From: Podarcis pityusensis
Taxonomy: Eukaryota
Assembly: GCA_964106645.2 (NCBI GenBank)
Contig: OZ067050.1
DNA length: 64,000 nucleotides
Reading direction: 5' to 3' (one strand)
Below the pieces are notes generated by a model. That model was not told the origin of the DNA, made no database searches, and was given only the letters and a program-made list of their open reading frames with translations. The translations under genes were made by a program, and so were the position numbers. Positions 35,801 through 47,600 of the stretch are shown here, one piece after another. How positions within the stretch are numbered: position 1 is the first letter of the stretch; every line of letters starts with the position of its first letter.

Positions 35801-38800
35801 AAATACAGGAGTAGAGATTTGGGTCAGTAGCATATTGCTGACAATGTACTCCAAAACTCTGGATGTTCCCACCCAGTGGTTTCATGTATATGTTAAACAG
35901 CATGGTGGATAAAACTGATCCCTGAAGAACCTGACATTGAAGACTCCATGGGGCCAAACAGAACTCCCCAAGTATCACCCTCTGGAAGCAACCATCCAAG
36001 TAGGACCAGAAGCAATCCAAAGCAGTGTCCCCCACCCCTAACTCAAACAACCACCACAGGATACCATGGTCAATGGTACCAAACCACTGAGAGATCAAGG
36101 ATAATTAGCAGGCACACATTTCCCCTGCCTCTTTCCCGAAAGAGGGAATCATACAGGGTGAACAGAGCATTTTGTGTGACAAAATTGGATTCAAATCTCG
36201 ATTGAAATGGATCTAGAAATTCAGTTTCCTCCAGGTCAACACACTCAGCTTTCAAACATTAGAGAGGATAATATACTTAGCTAAGTTACTTATTTCTGCA
36301 GGCCATCAAATTGTCGTATAAACATGGTTTATAAATAAATAAGGGATAGAGAGTGTGCTTTGAATTTTGGAAGTGAGTACTGATTGGATTGGGATTTTAA
36401 ATGGGGATTTAGAATGCTGGTGAAGTTGCATTTGGAGTAGAAGTGTGTTGGAAAGGTTGTGGCAGAGTTAGTGAGACATGAAGCATTATTAATGGTAAAT
36501 GGTTTAGGATAAATGTTGAGGGAAGCTTTTGTTTAGATATATTCAGAAGAGTAGAGTAGGTAGGGATGTTTCTATGAACAAAAGTAGCATCAAAAGGTAC
36601 ATAATGGAAGCTATATAATTTTGTGCACTGAATAATTACTTTGGCTTTCAATAAAATTGTTTCCTCATACGCATATGCCTCTCGCTCTAGAGTAATTAAT
36701 CATTCAGAGACTTTGCATTTGTGGGGTCAGTGAAGGCAGCTGAAAAATCCACTCCCACGAGTGCCCTGCCTCCCACTGATAGGCATTAGCATGTTGTGGA
36801 GGGGGGAGTGTTGCAAAAGAAGCCATATTTCGTTAAATGTAAGGTATTTATGTGACCATATAAAAAGAAGAATCAATGCAGCGAGAGAAGAATGATTTCT
36901 CCCCCCCCCCCAAAAAAAAATACAGGATGAAATAAGATTCCACAATTTCATCACCATTCATAAAGGATTGTAGTCTCAACTTTTACAACATTGTATCTGT
37001 GCAATCCCATACACAAGTTTAGATGTGGGGATATTACCTGCCAAGGCTGGATATCCTGAAGGTCAGATCTTCTGCTACCCACCATTGCTCTGTGCTCAGA
37101 TCTTGTTGAGTAAATGGCATGCAAAGCATGAGCAACAGCATAGACAGCATTATAGATATTATAGCTGTTGCCAGTCATGTCCATTTCAAACAGATGCCTC
37201 GGAAGACTATTTAGCATTTCCTCTCTGCTACATGCCCCATCAGCCTTCACTGCCACATTCAGATCTGGAAATGAACAGTCAAATGCTTGCTCCCAGAAGT
37301 CATTGAGAAAACCATCTCTTTTGTTCCAGCCAGGTTTTATGTTCTGAAGAAATTCCCCAAACTCTGGAAGCTCTTTTGTGTGAATGGTGAAGGAAATGGC
37401 ACCTTGGAAGAGCTGAAAACCCAAGGCTCGCTGAAAGCTCGTTGTTATGAAATCAGTCTGGGTTGTCATTATCCACACTTTTCTAAATGTTGACATCTCT
37501 GTATTTCCAGTATCTTGAATGGCAATAAAAGCTCTCAGCCATGCCATTGTCAAATACTGCCCATTGATGATGCATGTATTGGATCCATAACCTAAGAAAG
37601 ATGCATGGATGCTTGAGAATATAGCAACAACTTCATCCAAGTCATTCCAGTTGTTATGTGCTGGGAGTCTTAGTGTGAATGCTGAACAGATTTCATGCTG
37701 GGAAAACAATGCTTCCAGGGTCTGTAAGAATTGTTCTCCACTATCATCATCTGCAGCAAATAGGCCTACCCATGTCCATCCGAAATGTCGAAGCAAGTGG
37801 ACAATCCCATTGTACTGGTGGGATTCATTTGGGACCATGTGGTAAAATGATTGAAACTGTGTCGTCTGTCTGTCCTCTAGGGCAAATGAACCGTAAGTGA
37901 GCTACAAGGTAATACACATATTTCATAGAGGTAAGTATAGAGTCCACCATTAAATTAAATTAGAGTCCATTAAATCAAATCCGATAAAAGACTTTATAAC
38001 TTTAGAATGATTTAAAGTTAACAACTCTTTTGGATGAATTTTTCCAAAGTTATTCACCTGCGGTGGAACTTTAGTATTTTGCTACTTTCTCATATTCCCT
38101 TCAGAAACGTAACAATATTCCAGAATGATAATTAAAATTAAGGGTTGCATTCAAATAAGTTTACTTAATATGGAGCCATTAAAATCAACAGACATATCCG
38201 TGTCATAATGACCATTTGTTTCCATGACTCTACATTGAGAAAGCCAATATTTGACATAACCCAAAATGCAGAAATTAAACCTACTCAAGAAGTAATAGAT
38301 GAAACTAGGCTTTTGCAGGTCAGCTGCATCTGCAGGAGTTCCAGACAGATGTAATTAAGTTTTATTTTCTATTAATATTGTTGGCTCTACTACTGTTTAT
38401 TTTGTTTTCTACTACTATTTATTTTGTTTTTGTTTTTCTGTGTATTACTTTCGAACCTAGCAGTTCGAAAGCACCCCCAGGTGCAAGTAGATAAATAGGG
38501 ACCGCTTACCAGTGGGAAGGTAAACGGCGTTCCGTGTGCTGCGCTGGCTCGCCAGATGCAGCTTGTCACGCTGGCCACGTGACCCGGAAATGTCTGCGGA
38601 CAGCGCTGGCTCCCGGCCTATAGAGTGAGATGAGCGCACAACCCTAGAGTCTGGCAAGACTGGCCCGTTCGAGCAGGGGTACCTTTACCTTTACCTGTAT
38701 TACTTATGTCAAAATTAAAGTAATAAAACAACTAAACCACAACACAAGAGCAATAACAGTTTACGCTCAGAATTTCAAGAGAACATGTAGCTTGGAAATG

Positions 38801-40915
38801 TCTCCACACTGTCATCTATACATCCTACCTGTGGAATCTTATAGAGACCTAGAATTTCTGATATCAGAGAAGAGGTTTCTGCATCATATCCTCCGATGAC
38901 AGCTATGAGGTTTTTCTGGGTGTCCCATTTGTAGTTGGCGACAAATGTGTGTGATTTGAAGAGCAGATCCAGAGTGGCACGATAGGTCATCCTTGGATTG
39001 GAGTAGCTGTCGAGGATGTGGAATCCAAGTGTGACATTGGTCAAGATGTTGGGGTTCTTGTTGATCTCACTGATGGTGTATGCCAAGGCCAGGACATGCT
39101 GGTAAAACTTTATCACCAAGCTGCCAATAAAGTTAAAAGACTATTTCAGAGGACAGTTCTTCAGTATCAGAGGGAAGCATCTTTGCCAAACTACAATTTT
39201 TCTGCAAAGTGGATACAAAGTGTATTGTTCTGGGGAGGACATCTGAAGGCAACCCGGCATAGAGACATTTTTAATGTTTAATGTATGTCTTACTGTGTTT
39301 TTATATTTTGTTGGAAGCAGGACAGAGTGGCTGGGGCAACCCAGTCAGATGGGCAGGATACAAATAAAAAATTATGGTGGTGGTGGTGGTGGTAGTGGTG
39401 GTGAGACAACCTAGACCCACCTCAGCTGAACGCTTTCTCAGCGATAGTGTTTGAATTTGCTTTTGTATAGGGAAGTTTTTAAAGTTTGATGTTTGTTAAA
39501 AAATTCTAAGGTCTCGAATATAGAATAAATATTCACAAATGTCTAAATATTCACATAAATCTATAAACCATGTGTCTGAAATAGTACAGGAGAGCAATCC
39601 TGAAGCCATTTTGACTCCATAAATGACCTCAAATATTCCTCTGCAGTAAGGGAGGCAAAGGGGAAAAGCTTCCCCATTGTTTTTTCACTTACAAATCCTT
39701 CAAATCTTGTTTTAATGTCATGTTTGTGTAGGGACGCGGGTAGCGCTGTGGGTAAAACCTCAGCGCCTAGGGCTTGCCGATCGCATGGTCGGAGGTTCGA
39801 ATCCCCGCAGCAGGGTGAGCTCCCGTCGTTCGGTCCCAGCTCCTGCCCACCTAGCAGTTCAAAAGCACTCTTAAGTGCAAGTAGATAAATAGGGACCGCT
39901 TTCTAGCGGGAAGGTAAACGGCGTTTCCATGTGCTGCGCTGGTGCCAGCTCGCCAGAGCAGCTTCGTCACGCTGGCCAAGTGACCCGGAAGTGTCTCCAG
40001 ACAGCGCTGGCCCCCGGCCTCTTAAGTGAGATGGGCGCACAACCCTAGAGTCGGACACGACTGGCCCGTACGGGCAGGGGTACCTTTACCTTGTGTATGG
40101 ATAGGGTGAGTCTGTGACCTGGATTCAGGAGCTAAAGTATTAACCATCACAAAAAATTGCCTGACTGCCCAGGTAATGCAATCAGTGACCATTATCAGTT
40201 ATCCTGTCAGACAGGATTTTCATTGTAGACCGCCTCCTATGATGTATGTATGATGTTTTTGAGGTGGTATTTGACTAAGAGGCTTGGGCAATGTCAAAAG
40301 TCTTTAAAGGCTCTTGCACACTTTTGTTAAGGGTCTCTCCCTCCTTGGAAGGAGGGGAGCGAACTCTAATGCAACAGAAAAAAATAAATATCTGCCTTGC
40401 TTTCCACTGGATCCAGCCTCCAACCTTTCTTCTCTGACTGATCATGGACTTAGGGGACTCAGAGTCCCATGGAGAGTTGGGCAGCAAAAGCCAAAGCCCA
40501 ATTTTTACATCAGGGGTCAGCAAACCTTTTTAGCAGGGGCCTGGTCCACTGTCCCTCAGACCTTGTGGGGGGCTGGACTATATTTGGGGGAGGGGGGATG
40601 AACGAATTCCTATGCCCCACAAATAACCCAGAGATGCATCTTAAATAAAAGCACACATTCTACTCATGTAAAAACACCAGCCAGGCCCCACAAATAACGC
40701 AGAGATGCATTTTAAATAAAAGGACACATTCTACTCATGTGATAACACGCTTATTCCCAGACCGTCTGCGGGCTGGATTTAGAAGGTGATAGGGCCGGAT
40801 CCAGCCCCCGAGCCTTAGTTTGCCTACCCATGTTTTACATCATGTCCTATTGTGTTTTTAATAATCTGTTGTGAGTTCTCCAGAGTGGCTGGGGCAACCC
40901 TGCCAGATGGGCAAC

Positions 40916-40959
<44 letters not shown>

Positions 40960-41565
40960 GAATAGCAGTGGCTGGAAACCACAGGAATGCGGAGCTCTTA
41001 CTTCTGGGCTTCCCTTAGATATTGGGTTGGTCACAGTGAGAAGATGTCATTGTTCTGATCCAGCAGTTTCATCTTATATTTTTAACTGACATGGTTAACG
41101 TAGGTTCATTAATCTACTCTGACACATCCCAAAGTTGTAGCCATTGAAATTTATTGACTTTACTTACTGAAATATATTTCTTTCAGTGGGTATTCTAAGA
41201 GTATGTCCAACACGGGATATCATCCTAAATCTCTCGTCAATAATAATAATAATAATAATAATAATAGTCCAACTTCTAAATTAGAAGCACCAGTCATCAG
41301 GGAGAACGACATATTAGTTATCTCTTCAAGCAGACATGGAACGAAAAGAACAAAATTCATACTCTGAAACATCAATTAGCTTCTGAGAAGGGTGCTCCTG
41401 GAAGAAAAGTTCCTCAGACATGTAAATGATATGGGAAGCAATTTCACCTATGAGGATGCCACCTGGCTGATACCACTCATGTGGAATAGGGAAAGGATCA
41501 TTTGCAGGACATGTTTTGCATTCCCTTTTAGGCAACAGAAGCAGGAACACAATGAACCACAGCAT
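32803..41565 (-). CDS. V2R gene D, vomeronasal type-2 receptor, complete, ~872 aa
   Basis: Exons 41565-41363, 39120-38829, 37901-37038, 35785-35555, 34854-34728, 33704-32803. Sum 2619 nt in frame, GT-AG junctions, VFT + Cys-rich + 7TM motifs. Confidence 0.92.
34226..34660 (-). mobile_element. L2 3' fragment with (TTATCC)n tail
   Basis: Plus-strand cccatctggctgggtttccccagcca is the reverse complement of the L2 end; (GATAAG)n array at 34226-34289; interrupted by a SINE piece. Confidence 0.75.
34393..34510 (-). mobile_element. Sauria SINE 3' fragment nested in an L2 3' fragment
   Basis: Plus-strand aaggtaaagggacccctg..gactctggggttgtggcgctcatctc..ttccgggtcatgtgg is the reverse complement of the SINE 3' half. 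Confidence 0.75.
35808..36250 (-). mobile_element. Old L2 RT-domain fragment abutting the gene D exon-4 acceptor
   Basis: ORFs [53 protein letters not shown] are homologous to the RT at 27840-28250. Confidence 0.8.
38451..38695 (+). mobile_element. 5'-truncated Sauria SINE
   Basis: Matches 39850-40090; (ACCTTT)n tail; 10-bp TSD tgtattactt at 38441-38450 and 38696-38705. Confidence 0.9.
39235..39402 (+). mobile_element. L2 3' fragment + (GGT)n tail
   Basis: gacatctgaaggca..agagtggctggggcaacccagtcagatggg, then (ggt)n. Confidence 0.75.
39731..40090 (+). mobile_element. Full-length Sauria SINE (tRNA-derived)
   Basis: Pol III box A (tagcgctgtgg) and box B (ggttcgaatcc), core gtgcaagtagataaatagggaccgct, tail ggtacctttacc. 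7-bp TSD ttgtgta (39724-39730, 40091-40097). Confidence 0.9.
40511..40832. mobile_element. hAT MITE
   Basis: TIRs caggggtcagcaaac / gtttgcctacccatg; perfect 8-bp TSD ttttacat (40503-40510, 40833-40840); internal ~55-bp direct duplication (~40614-40670, ~40685-40740). Confidence 0.85.
40845..40959 (+). mobile_element. L2 3' terminus + (TTA)n
   Basis: ccagagtggctggggcaaccctgccagatggg, then (tta)n. Confidence 0.7.
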
Positions 41566-41777
41566 CCTGGCAGCAAAGCTCCTCTTTCACTGCTGGCTCT
41601 CCTGTGTCTTATCTAAAGCAGCATCCTGGCTGGAACAAGATAAACAGACTTTGCATATTTACTTCCAAAAAGGAAACTCTGCGGTCTTACTTTCAGCATC
41701 CAAAGAGTTTCAGATGCATTCAGGGATGGCCAGCACTCTGATTTGAAGCCTTAACTAGTCACATGGACTGCCAGTAA

Positions 41778-41915
41778 GAAAATTGCAGAGCCCTGTCAGC
41801 CTCTTGTTCCTACTCCCAGCTTCCAATAATTCTTATTTCTGTGCTTTCTGGAAAGCCCTGGAGGTTTGGCCAGATGGATAATTGCAGGGGGTGATAATGA
41901 TACCTGCAGGACTGA
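41778..41915 (-). promoter_or_regulatory. Conserved upstream cassette of gene D
   Basis: cagagccctgtcagcctctt..cctactcccagcttcc and gccctggaggtttggccagatggataattgcagggggtgataat. Confidence 0.55.
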
Positions 41916-42259
41916 ATCTCTGAGTAGCACTCTGAACAGAAAACATGCTGGATCCTCCCCACCTGCTGATTGCAGCACAAGCCTGCTCTGTCCCTTAGTG
42001 AGACAAGGAGTGGCTACCAGGCTGTGAAAAAATCAATAGGAAAAGGAGGCCTTCATACAGGGGTGGTTAACCTGTGACCCTCCAAATGTTGCTGGACTAC
42101 ATCTCATCATCCATGACTGACTATTTACTATTCTCACTGAGTTTGATGGAGCAATTGGACTATCAGGAAGTAAAACATTTTACTGCTGGGCAGCTTCCAA
42201 CAAAATATTAAAATACATTTCTGGGAAGGCTCTGGGGCTGTAGCCTGGTTATGAAATTA

Positions 42260-42509
42260 TAGAGATACCTCGGGTTACATATGCTCCAGGTTACATACGC
42301 TTCAGGTTACAGACTCCGCTTCAGGTTACAGACTCTGCTAACCCAGAAATACTGCTTCAGGTTAAGAATTTTGCTTCAGAATGAGAACAGAAATCATACT
42401 CCGGCAGCAGGAGGCCCCAGTAGCTAAAGTGGTGCTTCAGGTTAAGAACAGTTTCAGGTTAAGAATGGACCTCTGGAACGAATTTAATACTTAACCCAAG
42501 GTACCACTG
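42260..42509. mobile_element. Second copy of the same Tc1/mariner MITE, opposite orientation
   Basis: Reverse complement of 22020-22260; ends aaggtaccactg-TA. Confidence 0.85.
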
Positions 42510-43530
42510 TATAGCGGATTAGATAATTGAAAGGGGAGATGATTCTTTTGTCAGAACTGAGGGTTCATCCATGCTTTGTCTTCTCCCGCTGCTCTCCCCT
42601 AGGGAAAAACTGCTCTTTAGCATTCAATTGGAGCAAACAGAAATTCAGGTTTCTCCTGGATTATATTTTGCTTCATATTTTGGTTTGGAAAGTGAAAAAA
42701 TAGATTACTTCTCATTAAAATGCAAACAAAATCATATCCCACACACATGAACACATGAACACATGAACACATTTCTGGCTGTGATTCATGGTCCTGGTTG
42801 AAGAGACTTCCTTATTCAGCCTTTTGCTTATTAAGTAAGGTGACAAATTTATGGGCTGAACTTTTCAAAAGGACAAAATAAAGGGAGGTTTCTAAGGAAG
42901 TGGAATAAAACCAGATACATGAGGTGGACCCATTGAAGATCACTCCAGAAAGGAACATTCAGGAATGCTCTGTCTTCATTTTTGAAGCTATGAAGCAAAC
43001 ACAACACCCTATAGATAATTATTTTGATGAACTCTAATTGGAGGCACCAAGAATTGAACATGTCTCCATTTTTTGTATGTCAAGCATGTGCCCCACCAGT
43101 GAGCATTTCCCTCTGTGGACGGAAGGAGTTCTGCTACTGTCCCAATGAGGAAGAGATATGTAGTGTAACTTGCTGACTTCCCACTGACAAAGCCAGCCCT
43201 ACTATTTCAGACCAAAGTAAAAAATAAAAATAGAAATTTGTGCCATAATAACATGATTTTTGGAGGTGTGTTGTCTTGCATGTGTGTGTTGGAGGTGTGT
43301 TGTCCAGGATGTATTGGACGGCTTATCATCAATCCTATTTACCATTATCTCTTGCTGCTAATTCACATGGGAGGGGGAAAGACTGCCAGACATTGCTTGA
43401 CATTGCTGGACTTTGCTTAGTGCCATGATGGTGTTATTCATACCTTTTGAAGGCTTTAGCCTAGAATGAGAGAGAGAGGGAAGTGCATGACCTGCTACAT
43501 CAATAGCGTAGTAAGGAAAAGCTAGGAATT

Positions 43531-43532
<2 letters not shown>

Positions 43533-43573
<41 letters not shown>
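43533..43573. repeat. (AAT)n microsatellite
   Basis: Read directly. Confidence 0.95.
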
Positions 43574-43574
<1 letters not shown>

Positions 43575-44609
43575 TCATAAGCACTTGAAAATGTCTTCCA
43601 ATATTTTCTTATTACAAATATAGATAGCTTTTTCAAATAATACCTCTCACAATTTAGACAAAACACTCACAAACATGTAAGTCATAAACAATGTTACAAA
43701 CAAAGAACTCATCACAGCAGAGGAAGGAGTTTGGGATGGAATTAGGCTTTCCAGGCCTCTCTATGTTCCTAGGTCACACTCCTCACTGACCCAACTCAGA
43801 ACCCCAAACACTTTTGCCTTTCTGCATTTTACCCTTGAAGTCTAATAAGTCCTCTTGCTTATATGGATGGAGGATAGACAGCAGCCTAAAAGTGTGTGTA
43901 GAAAATAGCCTGCTATACAAATATCAAAATAATAAAATATGTGTTTAATGTGCATAAAATGTAATGTTTGTAGCATTTTGCAAAAACTGGAATGCATTTC
44001 TAATTTAAGACAGTTTTGCAGTAAAACTTATTTGAACTCATTCTTGTGGTGGAGCCTACTCATGTCTAGTCTGCAGAGGGTCTAAATCAAGGAATTCAGC
44101 AGAAATAATTAATGCAAGTGGCTACGAGATGTTTGGGGGTGTGGTCCTTGCAATGCAAATATTTCCCCACTCCTGAAAATTGCAATATTAGAAAAACCAG
44201 CACAAGCTATTGTGACTATGCCAGAAAAGAAAAGAAAAAAGGGCACTGAGTAGCCATTAAATGCAGCAGTAAGAAGAGAGGCATGGGGGGGGGATGTTAG
44301 TAACTATGGTGTAGAGGTAAGGATCTTGTAGAGGAGGGTCTTCTCATCTGGGTAGCCCAGAAGCTCTATATACACTGCCCAGGCTTCTGCCCCAGAGAGG
44401 TCACTTTCATGCTGCAAAGACAGCAAAAACAATGAGGGAGGCAACAACCAATCCCCTCCTAGCAGAAGGAAAACAAGAAGGGAACCAATCTAACTTCTCA
44501 ATGCCAGAATTTCCAAAGACTGTGAGCAGCCACCAAGAAGGCCCTGAATGGAGAAGTAATGTATTTGCTCCTACAATAAATATCCAGGTGGGGAAAGAGA
44601 ACTATATTA

Positions 44610-47600
44610 TTATCTTTTCCTTAGTTGCTCCTTGCTGTTAAGCTCTGGCCTGAACAAAATTATGTAGCATTTTGGCGAAAATATGCAACCCAGTAAACCA
44701 GCACTAGAGGCCAAAATGGAGAAAATCTCCACAGCCACCATGTATTTCCCTCTGGTACTCAGGTAAGTTGGAAGGAATGAAACCCACACACTGCAAAATG
44801 CCAACATGCTGAAGGTAATGAACTTGGCTTCATTAAAACTATCAGGTAACTTGCGGGCTAGGAATGCCACAATGAAACTAGCAATGGCTAGGACGCCCAT
44901 GTAGCCGAGAACACAGTAAAACATGGTGACTGACCCTTCATTGCATTGCAGAATGATTTCTTCTGTTACTGAGAGTATGTCTAAATCAGGGAAAGGGGGA
45001 GACGTTGCTAACCACATAGTACAAATACAGGCTTGAATAAGAGAGCAGGAAAGGACAATAGAGTTGGAGAGGTTCCCCCCCACCCATTTCTTCATTCTGG
45101 ATCCGGGCTTTGTGGCCATGAATGCTAAAGAAACAACGGTAGTCTTTGCCAGCAAGCAAGAAACAGCCACTGAGAAGATGATGCCAAAAGATGGTTGACG
45201 AAGAAGACAGGTCACTTTCCCAGGTTTGCCCAGGAACATCAAAGATGAGAGGAAACAGAGCAAAAGGGAGACCAGGAGAGTGTAGGTGAGGTCCTTGTTG
45301 TTGGCTTTGACAATGGGGGTATCTCTGTGCTTAATAAAGATTCCGAACACCCACACTGTAATCAAGGAAAAAGAAATAGCAAGGGAGGCTAAACTGATCC
45401 CTAAAGGTTCTTCATAAGACAGAAAGCTTTTTATTTTTGGGTTGCATCCGTCTCTCTTCATGTTGGAATATTGATGTTTTGGGCAGTTCAAACAGTAGCT
45501 CATGTCTGAAATATAGAAACAGATCTTATTTTGATTCGAATTCATTAATAAGTCATGGATATTCACAGCAATCAAAATTGTATCTTTACTCAGACATCCC
45601 ACTAAGTTAAGTGGGTTTTCCTTGTGTCAAGAAACTTTGTCTAGGTTTGAATGCTTCTTGCACTCTTAATTTCTGAAAGATTTCTGGAACCAGTCTGATT
45701 CCAGGACTGACTGGCTAGCCAGGGCACTATATTGTAACAAAGATAATTTAACTATTGAAAATAGTGTTCCAGAATTATTCTGAATTATTCAACCCTGTAC
45801 AATGGAAAAAGTCACCTACCAATCTGGTTTGAAATCTTCCCATCAGGGCATTGCTCACAGTCATAGCAGCAAAATTTATCCCCTTCCTTCCTTTTCTTCT
45901 GATAACCAGGGGGGCAGTAGTCATTACACACAGAAACAGGAAGCATCTATCAATAAACAGGAAATGTGTTTAGAACTGAACTTTTTTAAAAAACACAAAC
46001 AAACAAACATCAAAACGTAAGTAGTCTGAGGTTGTCTTCCAATTGAGAAAAGTGACTGGTGGGGCATAAAAGATTTGCATCTAGATCCCACTGAACCCTA
46101 CTATATATTTCTTCAAAGTGTACCCTAACTTCCCACCTGGTTAAATGTTCTGTGCCACATTATTATATCTTCATTAATGATGAATTCTTTTCCTCCGAGG
46201 TCTTTGGGATGCACACTTCCAGCTTTCACTCTCTGGAATGACCTGTTTTTATATGTGACTATGTTCACAATGTCAAATCCTCCTTCTACTTCCCTTTCGT
46301 CATTGAAGAACATTGCTTCTCCAACTGAGTTGTTAAAAGAAATGCCTTGAAGAAATGGGTAGAGCTAACAGAAAGAAGAAAAACAATAAATTCCAAAGAG
46401 ATAATAATATTTTGGAGACTTCAAACAAATATTTTATGACAGGTATTTTGCACATGAGCTGTAGATGACACCTAGCTCAATTTCTCAGTTGAGACCAGGA
46501 GAATTTGGAACATGCAGCAGGCCTCTGCAATCTACTTGACAAGGGTGAATAAATGGAATCTGAATCCTGATAAGGTATTTCCACCTTTATAAGTAGGATG
46601 GGACCCTCATACATTCACTCTTAGAGACCTGCACAAGCTGCCAATTTGTTTCCATCTTGAACTTGAGTTTTTATAAATAAGATGGAAAGCTATAAAGATC
46701 TTTGGACCCAGGTCCTTGAGGAACACCCTCTGCCCATTCAAGTTGTTTGTGTATGCCTTTGCAATAAGTTCCTGATTTAATATGTATTGACATTTTGCAA
46801 TAGTACATTCAGTGAAATGATAATAATGAAAACAACGAACTTTGAGACACTACCTGCCAAGGCTTGAGATGCTGAAGTTCAGATTTTCTGCTAGCCAATA
46901 TTCCTTTGTGATTGGTTCTGGATGTGTCAATAACATGCAGTGCATGTGCTACACTATACACAGCGTTGTAGATGCTGTAGCTGTGGCCCGTCATGTGCAT
47001 TTCAAAGAGAGCATCAGGAAGACTCTCAAGACTTTCCTCTCCCGTACAACTTTTTTCTGTTGGTATGCCAGGATTGGGAAGGGAACAGTCAAATGCTTGC
47101 TCCCAAAAATCTTTGAGAAAACCATCTCCTTTGTTCTTGTATGGTTTAATGTTTTGGAGAAATTCTTTGAAGCCTGGGGGGTCTTTTGAATGAATGGTGA
47201 AAGAAATGGCACCATCGAACTGCTGTAAATCCATGGTTCTTTGAAGGCCTGATAACATAAAATCAATCTGGGTTGTCATAATCCACACCTTTCCCAACAA
47301 CGTGGTTTTTCCCTTGTGAGGGTCTCCCCAAAAAAAGAAAACAGTCATCAGCCATGTAAATGTTAAATTTTCTCCATACAAAATGAAAACACTAACTGTA
47401 GTTTTAATGTAATGTACATATATATTTGAGATAATGAAAGGAAAAGCATCTAAGTCCTTCAGACTTGCTTGTTCTGGGAGTCTCTGTGTGAAAGCTGAAC
47501 ATACATTATGCAGGGAAAAGTAGTGTTCCAGGGTCTGCAGGAAATTTTCTCCAGTGGCACCATCTACAACAAAGAGTCCAACCCATGTCCATCCAAAATG

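Noticed and set aside
39731-39805. tRNA gene (A and B boxes present)
   Set aside because: It is the head of a Sauria SINE with body, tail and TSD.
5460-43666. ORFs with poly-I, poly-Y, poly-L or ERER runs
   Set aside because: Translations of microsatellites.
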